This document shows positions 42,345-51,070 of a DNA stretch of 64,000 nucleotides, in pieces. The stretch is from the IMG/VR virus record IMGVR_UViG_3300037200_000158, positions 1 through 64,000 of that record, one strand, 5' to 3'. Every line of letters begins with the position of its first letter. The stretch's first letter is position 1. Origin of the DNA: a virus. The position numbers were made by a program, and so were the translations under genes. The notes under the pieces were generated by a model, which had not been told where the DNA came from, did not search any database, and was given only the letters and a program-made list of their open reading frames with translations.

Positions 42345-43796
42345 ATGCCCCTGTGGGAAAGTTTCTGCGGACCCTCGTACCAAAGCAGGTCCCGAACAGT
42401 TTCTACGGACCAACTCCGTAACATGTACCCGGAATCCGTGGAGAGCGGAACCGGTAAGGGCCGCTATGCCCTTTACGGCCGCCCCGGCAACGCGCTCTTC
42501 TCCACGCTATCGCTCGCCAATTCCGGCGCAGGCTCCGGCCAGGGACTTCTCGAGGTCCAAAACCGCTGCTTCGCGGTCGCGGGCGGGAACGTCTACGAGG
42601 TCGCGGCATCCGGCGACTTCTCCCTCATCGGCCCGGTAGGCACCCTGAACCCTGTTTCGATGGCGTGCAGCGCCACACAGGTCATCATCGTGTCGCCCGA
42701 CGGCGGCGGCTGGATCATTCCGCTTGCGAACACGGCAGGCTACGCCCAGATTAATTCGGCCGGCTTCCCGCTCAATCCGACGTACGTCACCTATCAGGAC
42801 ACGTACTTTCTGGTCGCGGCGGGCGGCACGCAGGAATTCTTCATCTCGGCGAACAACGACGGCACAAGTTGGAACGCGCTCGACTTCGGATCGAAGGAAG
42901 GCGCATCGGACTTCATCCTTGCGGTTCAGATGGTCCGGCGCCAGCTCTGGGTGTTCGGGACCGAGACCTCGGAAATCTGGTGGAACAGCGGCGCGGCGAA
43001 CTTCCCGTTCCAGCCTATTCAGGGCGCGCTGGTGGAAGTGGGACTTGCGGCGGTGCTGTCCCCTGCCGTTGTAGGAAATGGTCTGTTCTGGCTCGGAAGA
43101 AACAGCCGCGGCGAAGCTGTAGCATTTGCGGAGCAGAACTTCGCTCCGATCCGAGTCTCGAACCACGCAGTGGAGTCGGCGTGGGGGCAATATCCGAAGA
43201 TCTCGGACGCAATCGGCTACGGCTACGAAGAGAACGGGCATACGTTCTACGTGCTGAGTTTCCCGTCGGCCAATGCAACATGGGTGCTCGACACGAAGAC
43301 GGGCTTCTGGCATGAATGGGACTGGTGGAATACCGATCTCGGTGTATCGGAGGCGGCGCTTGCCCGCTTCCACTGCTTCTGCTTCGGCCAGCACCTGACG
43401 CTCGACTGGAAGATCGGGAATGTCTTCGCTCAGTCGCTGAACACCTATACCGATAACGGTGGAATCATTCGGCGGGTCCGGCGTTCGCCTCATGTGGATC
43501 AGGCGAAGCATCGCAATCGGCATGTACGCCTCCAACTCGATATGGAGGTGGGCGCTGTTCCGGCCGGGACGAACCCGGCTTATTCCATGCGGTTCTCGGA
43601 CGACGGCGGATTCACCTGGTCGAACGAACTCATCCGCTACATCGGAAAAACCGGCAAGTACGCGAATCAGGTTGTGTGGCGGCAACTCGGCAGTTCGCGA
43701 GACCGCGTTTACGAAGTGGTGGATACGAATTCTGACTTCAGCGTCGCATGGGCGGCGGCATATTTAGAAATCGCTCCCGGCACGGAACTCCAATAA
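42345..43796 (+). CDS. P22 gp10-like tail hub / packaged-DNA stabilisation protein
   Basis: 483 aa. LWVFGTETSEIWWNSG and the C-terminal RFSDDGGFTWSNE...VVWRQLGSSRDRVYEV parallel P22 gp10 (from memory). Confidence 0.65.
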   Translation: MPLWESFCGPSYQSRSRTVSTDQLRNMYPESVESGTGKGRYALYGRPGNALFSTLSLANSGAGSGQGLLEVQNRCFAVAGGNVYEVAASGDFSLIGPVGTLNPVSMACSATQVIIVSPDGGGWIIPLANTAGYAQINSAGFPLNPTYVTYQDTYFLVAAGGTQEFFISANNDGTSWNALDFGSKEGASDFILAVQMVRRQLWVFGTETSEIWWNSGAANFPFQPIQGALVEVGLAAVLSPAVVGNGLFWLGRNSRGEAVAFAEQNFAPIRVSNHAVESAWGQYPKISDAIGYGYEENGHTFYVLSFPSANATWVLDTKTGFWHEWDWWNTDLGVSEAALARFHCFCFGQHLTLDWKIGNVFAQSLNTYTDNGGIIRRVRRSPHVDQAKHRNRHVRLQLDMEVGAVPAGTNPAYSMRFSDDGGFTWSNELIRYIGKTGKYANQVVWRQLGSSRDRVYEVVDTNSDFSVAWAAAYLEIAPGTELQ

Positions 43797-43802
43797 ACCC
43801 CT

Positions 43803-45122
43803 ATGCAGAAACAACTCTTTATCCTCGCGGCCCTTCTTTCGGGCGCGGCCTTAAACGCGCAGGTCGTCAATCCGCCGTTGCCTGGTCTCCAGATCCAGAC
43901 TGTTCTCGTCGCCCCGTCCGGGTCCTGCACGAACCCAACTATCGCTTATCTGACGCCAGCGGGTTCGCTCTATACCTGCGTGAACGGGACATGGGCGCTT
44001 ACGGCTGGTGGCGGCGCGGCCTTCCCCTCCGGTACCGGCATAGTCGAGGTAACCAGCGGAGTGCCAGGGCTTTGCTCCAGCACAGTACCATGCACCATCA
44101 CCGGCTCAGGCAGTACGACGCCCTTTACGGTAGCCAATGGAACCAATACAGCACCAGGGATTTCTATTACCGGGACGGGGCCAAGTCTGTCAGCTTCATC
44201 AACTATCTCTACGGCAGGAACGATTACATCGGGAGTTGGCTCTGGTATCGCGGGCGCTCTCGACCTCGCGCAGGGAACGCTTCCGTCACTCGGCAACACA
44301 GCCGTTACACTGATGGCCCCGACGAGCGTGACTAGCTACGGGCTACTTTATCCGGGCGTGGCCCCATCGGCGGGACAGGCTCTGGTGTGGGGTACGCCTT
44401 CGAGTGGGGTATCGACAGGCGCGTTTACGGCAGTCCTGACAAGCGTGGCGACTGCCAGTCCGATCACCGGAGGTCCAATCACGGGCACCGGTACCATCTC
44501 CTGTGCGACGTGCGTAACAAGCGCAGCATCTCTAACAAGCCTGGGGGCAATGGTTGGAGCAGGCGGGCAAGCCGCGCAGGTGTCTGCGCAAATGATTGTA
44601 GCCAACCTGGGGACGGCAGGAACGGAGACCTGGACGCTGGTTAACACGGGACTGGCTACAACGCCCGCTGGTGGCTTCGGTCTATCAAACACAACAGCAT
44701 CGACGGCAGGCACAACGGTGCAGGTCAGCCCCCCGGAAACTTTGTGCGGGACTGCGTATAACTCTGTTAGCGTCCTTTCGGAGACGAACTGTTGGAAATT
44801 TTACGTGAGTCCGAGTAGTCAGGCAGGAACAACCAACGGGGCGCTGATCATCCAAAAAAGCAATGGTGGCGGGGCTTACTCAACCGCCGCTACTTTTACC
44901 AGCGGCGGTTCTCTCGTTCTTGGAAACAATATCACCGCCAACACCGGAACATTTACGGGCACGATCCTGACCAGTGCCGCGCCCACTGTGGCAGCGGCCC
45001 AAGTTGGATTTGGCTCAACAACAGCCGCGCTATCCAATTGCGGAGCTGCGATTCTTACGACCGCAACGGCCTGTTTGGTATTTAATGTGGCTGGCACGAC
45101 CCGCTACATTCCTTATTTCTAA
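43803..45122 (+). CDS. tail fibre-like protein
   Basis: 439 aa, Gly/Thr/Ser/Ala-rich. MQKQLFILAALLSGAALNAQV. Confidence 0.6.
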   Translation: MQKQLFILAALLSGAALNAQVVNPPLPGLQIQTVLVAPSGSCTNPTIAYLTPAGSLYTCVNGTWALTAGGGAAFPSGTGIVEVTSGVPGLCSSTVPCTITGSGSTTPFTVANGTNTAPGISITGTGPSLSASSTISTAGTITSGVGSGIAGALDLAQGTLPSLGNTAVTLMAPTSVTSYGLLYPGVAPSAGQALVWGTPSSGVSTGAFTAVLTSVATASPITGGPITGTGTISCATCVTSAASLTSLGAMVGAGGQAAQVSAQMIVANLGTAGTETWTLVNTGLATTPAGGFGLSNTTASTAGTTVQVSPPETLCGTAYNSVSVLSETNCWKFYVSPSSQAGTTNGALIIQKSNGGGAYSTAATFTSGGSLVLGNNITANTGTFTGTILTSAAPTVAAAQVGFGSTTAALSNCGAAILTTATACLVFNVAGTTRYIPYF

Positions 45123-45126
45123 CCTC

Positions 45127-46614
45127 ATGCTCAAGATATTCATCATTGTTTTGTTTCCTGTGCTCTTGGCAAGTGCTGTCATCACTACCGCCCACTACGA
45201 CAACACTCAGCAGGGCGTAAATAATACAGAAACCACGCTCACTCCCACGAATGTGGCGATGAGCGGCTTTGGTTTTCTCTGGAAGTCAAACCTTAACAAT
45301 TCCCCCACGACCCAACCTCTTTATGTTCCTTCAAGTCTTAACGGGACAAGTCATGATCTGATGTTTGAGGGAACCGCGTCAGGTTATCTTTATGGTTTGG
45401 ACGCCCACTCTGGTTCAATTGTCTGGAGCGGCAATTTCGGAGCAACGCCATGCTCCGGCTCCTACGCGCCGATCATCCTCGGAACTCCTGTCATAGACGT
45501 GCCAAATGGGTGGATCTTCTTCGTTTCGACGGCCTCCATCACGGGCACGTGTACGGCAACAATTTACAAGGTTAACCTGTCAACGGGGGCCGCAATAGCT
45601 TCGACGGTAATCGGTGGCTCCTACCCAGGCACCGGAGCCGGAACGATTGGCGGCTGCACGGATGTTGTGAGTGGCGGAAATGTGATCTTTGATCTGTCTC
45701 AGGCCAGCCAATACCAACATACCCCTATCAAAATCATCAACGGAAACATCTATTTTGGCTTCGGCTCCGGCGCTGCAAGTGAGACATCCTGCACTTTTCA
45801 TGGTTGGGTGTTCGGCTACGATGAGGCCACATTGACCCAGCAGGCTATCCTGAACACGAGCCCAAACAGCAATGGTTCCGGGGTGTGGGGCTCGGCCAGT
45901 GGAACGGGATCAGACGGAACGTACTTGTATTTCGCAACCGGCAACGGAACTGCGGCTAGTTCCACTGACCTTCCTATGTCGATGATAAAAACTGACCTCA
46001 GCCTGAACGTGCTAGCCTCTTACACGTTGTCAAACTGGAGCACCCTATCAGCTTCCGATTCAGATTTCAATTCGGGCCGGGTAATGCTGCTTGGGAATGG
46101 TTCGCTTGTGATCGGCAGTAAGGATGGATATGTGAGAGTGTTTGCGGACTCAACGCTGACCTTGACACAATCATTCGCAGCTTACTCAGTTACCCCTGGC
46201 GGCTCAACCGGGATATTCGGGGGGTTGATATTCCAGGGGGCTGGGTACTTCCCGAACCATGCAAATCCTACGTGCAGTTTCGCGCTTACCGGCTCTACTT
46301 TCGCAACATCTTCGAGTGCTTGCACATCTGGAAATTTTTCACAAAACGGACTCGCTGGTACGAGTAATGATGGGGCTAATCGAATCGTGTGGTCCCTGAG
46401 CAGCGCGGGCGTTGCGGCGGCGTATAATGCGTCCACCCTTGGAATTTTATGGAGCTACGCGACCGGGCAAGTTGCGTCCCCTCTTATATCTCCATCCATC
46501 GTTGATGGGCTGGTGTTTATGCCAACCAAGGGCGGGGTATTTGCATTCGGACTCTTGCCTTCAGGAGGCATTCGAGGGGCTGTCGCAATGAGAGGGAGCG
46601 CCACGCTGAGATGA
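45127..46614 (+). CDS. PQQ-like beta-propeller protein
   Basis: Track ORF trimmed to MLKIFIIVLFPVLLASAV. GYLYGLDAHSGSIVWS-type repeats. Visibly lower GC than the flanks. Confidence 0.6.
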   Translation: MLKIFIIVLFPVLLASAVITTAHYDNTQQGVNNTETTLTPTNVAMSGFGFLWKSNLNNSPTTQPLYVPSSLNGTSHDLMFEGTASGYLYGLDAHSGSIVWSGNFGATPCSGSYAPIILGTPVIDVPNGWIFFVSTASITGTCTATIYKVNLSTGAAIASTVIGGSYPGTGAGTIGGCTDVVSGGNVIFDLSQASQYQHTPIKIINGNIYFGFGSGAASETSCTFHGWVFGYDEATLTQQAILNTSPNSNGSGVWGSASGTGSDGTYLYFATGNGTAASSTDLPMSMIKTDLSLNVLASYTLSNWSTLSASDSDFNSGRVMLLGNGSLVIGSKDGYVRVFADSTLTLTQSFAAYSVTPGGSTGIFGGLIFQGAGYFPNHANPTCSFALTGSTFATSSSACTSGNFSQNGLAGTSNDGANRIVWSLSSAGVAAAYNASTLGILWSYATGQVASPLISPSIVDGLVFMPTKGGVFAFGLLPSGGIRGAVAMRGSATLR

Positions 46615-46696
46615 CCCACGCAATAAGTTACAATCAGGATCGGGACCGGGGCTTGTCTCCCGGCCCGCGATCCACACCAGCCCGTAAGGAGGGCCA

Positions 46697-47335
46697 ATGC
46701 TACGAACGATTATCGCAACTCTTCTCTTTGGCGCGGCTTTGAGCGCGCAAATTATCACCAGCTATCAGATTCCCTGTCCAGCGCCAAAGGGCGGCACGGA
46801 TGGCTTCGCGTGCGTCAATGGCGCAGCAATCCAGACCACGGACCCGATCCTGACGAATGGACTCAAGGAATCGGCAGCAATGGATGAATCCGCGGCGGTC
46901 ACTCCTAAACCTATTGACAACCCAGCGAAGACGAGCGCAACGGCATTCCTCGCTTTCAACTTGCTGGATAAAACCTGTGATCCTAACTGCTCACCTTTCG
47001 CTGTTCAAAATTCTCCTTGCGTTCAGTTCTCGTGGTTAGCGTGGAATTCCAGCAGTGTAGCAGCAGAAGCGGATTCTGTGAAAGCATGTTTTGTCCCCGC
47101 GATCACCAGCGTGGCCGACAATCTGCGGCTAATCGATTTGACGCCCGCCATCACCAACTCCCGTTTCGAGGTCAGTGAGAACAGCAGAGTCTTCTTCACC
47201 ATCGAGGGCAACGGCTCGATCACGGACGGCAAAGGCCACGATCTGATCGACAAAGACGGACACATGCTATGCAGGCCAGACGAGTTTAAGGCGATCATGC
47301 AGCGCGTGGCTAAGGGCACAGGGGCAAGCAAATGA
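46697..47335 (+). CDS. secreted protein
   Basis: 212-aa track ORF. MLRTIIATLLFGAALSAQ. Confidence 0.6.
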   Translation: MLRTIIATLLFGAALSAQIITSYQIPCPAPKGGTDGFACVNGAAIQTTDPILTNGLKESAAMDESAAVTPKPIDNPAKTSATAFLAFNLLDKTCDPNCSPFAVQNSPCVQFSWLAWNSSSVAAEADSVKACFVPAITSVADNLRLIDLTPAITNSRFEVSENSRVFFTIEGNGSITDGKGHDLIDKDGHMLCRPDEFKAIMQRVAKGTGASK

Positions 47336-47466
47336 CCAACCCGTACCGCCCCCACTGGGCCGCTACCTTTGCGTTGTACGCGATGCTGGCTATCTCCGTG
47401 ACATCTCTCGCGTTGCACGCCGCCGATCCGCCGAAGGTTCCAACGCTGACCGTCACGCTCCGCTAG
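47332..47466 (+). CDS. small membrane peptide (44 aa, below track cutoff)
   Basis: ATGA overlap. MTNPYRPHWAATFALYAMLAISVTSLAL.... Confidence 0.45.
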   Translation: MTNPYRPHWAATFALYAMLAISVTSLALHAADPPKVPTLTVTLR

Positions 47467-47471
47467 CCCTA

Positions 47472-47927
47472 ATGCCCATTACCTACGCTGTAGAGCGCCT
47501 TCCCGCCGTCAAAGCCGAAATCGAAGCCTGGGCACCCGCGCACTGGTGGGAGATCGCGATCTTCAAAGACAAAATCAAGCTCGATGTGGACTGGCCGCGT
47601 TACCAGGCAATCGACGACTCCGGCATCCTTCGCATTATCACCGCTCGCGACGACGGCAAACTGATCGGCTATTTCGTCGGCTTCCTTGCCGAGAATCCGC
47701 GCTACAAGGGCTTGCTCCGCATGCAGGCCGACATCTACTACGTTGCGCGGCAGTACCGCGGCAAGCACGTCGGTAGCGGCATGTTCCGCTTTATGGAGCA
47801 GGTCTCGCGCGATCTCGGCGCGGTGGAGATCGTGGTTGGCCACAAAGCCCATAGCGACAATAGCAAGTTCCTCGAACATCTCGGGTACGAACTGATCGAA
47901 CGAACGCACGGCAAGTTGCTCATCTAA
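47472..47927 (+). CDS. GNAT family N-acetyltransferase
   Basis: LIGYFVGF...ARQYRGKHVGSGMFRFMEQ matches the (Q/R)-x-x-G-x-(G/A) acetyl-CoA motif and its context. Confidence 0.75.
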   Translation: MPITYAVERLPAVKAEIEAWAPAHWWEIAIFKDKIKLDVDWPRYQAIDDSGILRIITARDDGKLIGYFVGFLAENPRYKGLLRMQADIYYVARQYRGKHVGSGMFRFMEQVSRDLGAVEIVVGHKAHSDNSKFLEHLGYELIERTHGKLLI

Positions 47928-47942
47928 CCGGCACCATCCCAA

Positions 47943-48938
47943 ATGCCTATTTCCATACCAACAGCCCTCCTGATCGGAGCGGGCGTATCGGGCGGAGCCT
48001 CGCTCGCCTCCGGCATCATTGGCTCGTCTGCCGCCAGTTCTGCAGCCAATAAAGAAGTCACCGCCGCCCAGCAGGCCGAGCAGACTCTCCAGACTGCCGG
48101 GCAGACGGCGAATTCCACGCTTCAGGGCGTCGAACAGTCGCAACTCGCCGGATACTCGCCCTACGTACAGGCCGGGACCGCCGGACTTACGAACCTGACA
48201 GCGGCGCTGGCGCCGGGCGGTTCGCTCTCTCAGCAGTTTTCGTTCAATCCCTCGACGGTTTCGCAGGACCCGGCGTATCAGTTCCAGCTCCAGCAAGGCT
48301 TGCAGGCTGTACAGCGCGCCGCGGCTGCTGGCGGCACTCTTAACTCCGGCGGCACGCTGAAGGCCCTCACGCAGTACGGGCAAGGCGTAGCGGCGTCGTA
48401 CGAGAACCAGGACTACACGCAGGCGCTGAACACCTACAACACGAATCGCTCGACCAACCTCGGGAATATCCAGACGCAGTTGAACGCGGGAACCTACGGC
48501 CAGAACGGGACTTCCTCGGCGCTCCAGAACTACGGCAACCTGTTCTCGTCGAACACGCTGGGGGTTGGAAGTGCTATCGCAAACCAGCAGACCAATATCG
48601 GCAATGAGCAGGCGGCGGGAATTATCGGCGGAGCAAACGCGTGGTCCGGCGCGCTGGGAGGCATCGCCGGCGCCGCAAACGCATACGTCGGAGGCACCGC
48701 TCAGTTGCAGCAACTACAGCAGTTACTCGGCGCGCTCAACGGTGGCTCAGGTGGCGCGGGGAACAGCACAAATGTACCGGCCGGAGCAAGTGGACCATAC
48801 TCCGGTAACAATCCCGGTGGATATCTGCCGTCTGCGGCACCGTCGGTCGTGCAGACCGCCCCGAGCGCTTTCAATCTCGCTGGCTATGGCGGTTCGCCGG
48901 TGAATACGTCCTACGGGGCACCGGGGGTTGGATACTAG
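47943..48938 (+). CDS. internal virion/ejection protein (putative)
   Basis: 331 aa, Gly/Ala/Gln/Ser-rich. DPAYQFQLQQGLQAVQRAAAAGGTLNSGGTLKAL is a motif seen in podovirus internal proteins (from memory). Confidence 0.55.
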   Translation: MPISIPTALLIGAGVSGGASLASGIIGSSAASSAANKEVTAAQQAEQTLQTAGQTANSTLQGVEQSQLAGYSPYVQAGTAGLTNLTAALAPGGSLSQQFSFNPSTVSQDPAYQFQLQQGLQAVQRAAAAGGTLNSGGTLKALTQYGQGVAASYENQDYTQALNTYNTNRSTNLGNIQTQLNAGTYGQNGTSSALQNYGNLFSSNTLGVGSAIANQQTNIGNEQAAGIIGGANAWSGALGGIAGAANAYVGGTAQLQQLQQLLGALNGGSGGAGNSTNVPAGASGPYSGNNPGGYLPSAAPSVVQTAPSAFNLAGYGGSPVNTSYGAPGVGY

Positions 48939-48941
48939 ATC

Positions 48942-50567
48942 ATGGCCGCAGATCCCAACATCATCCTCGACTACAAGCCCGCGCAGATCGCCCCGCCGGA
49001 ATCTCCCCTGGCTGCCTACGGGCAGGTGCTCGGCGTCGCAAATGCCGCGCAGAATCTTCAGGCTGGCCAGCAGAAACTACAATCGAACGCGCTCGAACTC
49101 CAGCAGCAGCAGCGGGCGGTTGATTACCAGAAGGCGTTTACCGGGTCCGTTCAAAAGCACACGACCCAGAACGCCGACGGTTCGCTGTCAACCGACTGGA
49201 GCGGAATCCAGGGCGACATCACCAACGCCGGGTACGGGCCGGAAGCGCTCGCGCTCAACAAGAACATCCTCGAAGCTAAGGAGGCTGGGCTCAAACTCAT
49301 TGAAACGCAGCATCTGGCGGATCAGGCCAAAGTCGCAGGCTTCGCGAGCGCATTGAATTCACTCCCACCGGTGGATCCGAAAGCGCCCGGTGCCAGCGAC
49401 CAGATTGCGGCATTCAACGGCGCATTTCCGAACGTTCTTGCCAACTCAGTCCAGAAGGGCGTCATCACGCCCCAGCAAGCACAGCAGTACGGCGCGATGT
49501 TCCAGCAGGGCGGCAATACCTGGACGCCGCAACTCCAGATGCAGATCGATGGCGCGAAGAACGGCGCGCTGACAGCCCAACAGGCGATTGAGCATGGCTC
49601 TAAGTTAATCGACCAGGCGCGGGAGCAGACGCAGGTTGATTCGGTAGTGACCCATAACAAAGCCGAAACGGCTAAGATCAACGCCGAGATGGCAGATAAG
49701 GCGAAGTCTGACGCCGCGGCGCTCCTGTCTAATGCGACCTCCGCCGCAGACTACGATGCGAAGAAGGCGACGGTCGACCCGAAGGTGGCCGCGCAGTTGC
49801 CGGATTCGAAGGGGCTCGATTTCTCTGATGACGGAATTGAAGGCACGCGCGACAAAATCCTCAAGTCCGGCATGAACGCCGAACAGGTCGCCAACTACGA
49901 GCAGAAGAAAATCAGCGTAGCATCCCTCGCAGCGGCTCGCGAAGCGAATTCGATTGCGCGGCAGACCTCAAATGATATCCGCCTTCAGATGCTTCAGGGG
50001 AAGCCGAATCCCGCGCAGGTTCAGGCCTCGAAAGAAATCGACAAACTACAAACGCAAGAAAACCCGCTTTGGAGCAAACTCGCTCAACTGAACTCCGCGC
50101 TGGGCGACGGTTCGAAGTCCGCGGATCTGTTCATCCCTGAAAAGGGAGAGCAGCCGGTAAAGATGTCCGTGAAGTCCGGCGGCGATGACGACACAGCTAA
50201 ACAATTGACGGCGGACATGGTCGCTCGCCGGAACGCGATTGCCAGCCAACTGAAGGGCTTTGTGAAGCAGAAGTATGACCTCGGCGCGAAGAACGGCGCT
50301 GAGCCCACCGTGCCGCTTCAGGACGTGCTGGATAAGATCGATGCAGCGGTGCCGGGCCAGAAAGCCGATCCGGTTGACGGGCAGACGCAGGAGCCGAATC
50401 CGGGCCCAGCGAAAACACCAAGGACACTTAATCCGGCGGCGAATCCGGCGGATGCTGTAACGCTTCAGGGATATCTCAAGCAGGCAGGCTGGACTGGTGG
50501 CGCACCGACCGCGCAGCAGAAGGCAAAAGCAGCACAACTGGCAAAAGCTGATAACTATCAGTTCTGA
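48942..50567 (+). CDS. internal virion/ejection protein (putative)
   Basis: 541 aa, Gln/Ala/Lys-rich and helical. Assigned by position. Confidence 0.55.
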   Translation: MAADPNIILDYKPAQIAPPESPLAAYGQVLGVANAAQNLQAGQQKLQSNALELQQQQRAVDYQKAFTGSVQKHTTQNADGSLSTDWSGIQGDITNAGYGPEALALNKNILEAKEAGLKLIETQHLADQAKVAGFASALNSLPPVDPKAPGASDQIAAFNGAFPNVLANSVQKGVITPQQAQQYGAMFQQGGNTWTPQLQMQIDGAKNGALTAQQAIEHGSKLIDQAREQTQVDSVVTHNKAETAKINAEMADKAKSDAAALLSNATSAADYDAKKATVDPKVAAQLPDSKGLDFSDDGIEGTRDKILKSGMNAEQVANYEQKKISVASLAAAREANSIARQTSNDIRLQMLQGKPNPAQVQASKEIDKLQTQENPLWSKLAQLNSALGDGSKSADLFIPEKGEQPVKMSVKSGGDDDTAKQLTADMVARRNAIASQLKGFVKQKYDLGAKNGAEPTVPLQDVLDKIDAAVPGQKADPVDGQTQEPNPGPAKTPRTLNPAANPADAVTLQGYLKQAGWTGGAPTAQQKAKAAQLAKADNYQF

Positions 50568-50934
50568 CTTTCAGACAATACCCCTCCTTTGGTCTTTCAG
50601 ACCACGCTGCTCTATTAGCAGTTCTTTGAAAGAGAGAATGGTGACCATCTTCCTGCCTTTGCCCGGACCATTTTCGGGAAGGCCGCAGCTCTTTAACCTG
50701 AGTCGCTATCTCAGGTGACTGCCCGCGCCGTCTCCGCGCGTACGATGAAAGTCTGCCGGTGAACCGAAGTGTCCCGGATTCCATCTGGGTTGATGACCGC
50801 CCATAAACTCAACTGGCAGTGGGATTTTTAGCTCCTGCATCTACTCGTATTAGTCCCCACCAAACGCCCCGAGGATCTCCGTGAGGCGCAACTTCAGCGC
50901 AGGTTTGCCGCCTGCCCGGCTGAAGTGTGGGCTT

Positions 50935-50943
50935 TGTAATACA
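50935..50943. promoter_or_regulatory. TGTAATACA palindrome
   Basis: Perfect 9-mer, 8 nt before ATG 50951 of a 26-codon ORF. Confidence 0.55.
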
Positions 50944-50950
50944 ATTGCGG

Positions 50951-51031
50951 ATGAAGTTCCGCCATCAATCACTTCGTCAGTATGATACCATGGGTTCGTC
51001 AATCACTATTCCGCCCGCCAGTCCGGCCTGA
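50951..51031 (+). CDS. possible 26-codon leader peptide
   Basis: MKFRHQSLRQYDTMGSSITIPPASPA. Its 3' end lies inside the terminator stem. Very tentative. Confidence 0.25.
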   Translation: MKFRHQSLRQYDTMGSSITIPPASPA

Positions 51032-51066
51032 AGAACCGGAGTCCACTGGCGGGCTTTTTCGTTTTT
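51014..51066 (+). terminator. intrinsic terminator/attenuator directly upstream of the giant ORF
   Basis: CCCGCCAGU...ACUGGCGGG (9 bp, with inner CCGG/CCGG) followed by CUUUUUCGUUUUUCG. It ends 5 nt before ATG 51071. Confidence 0.6.
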
Positions 51067-51070
51067 CGAA

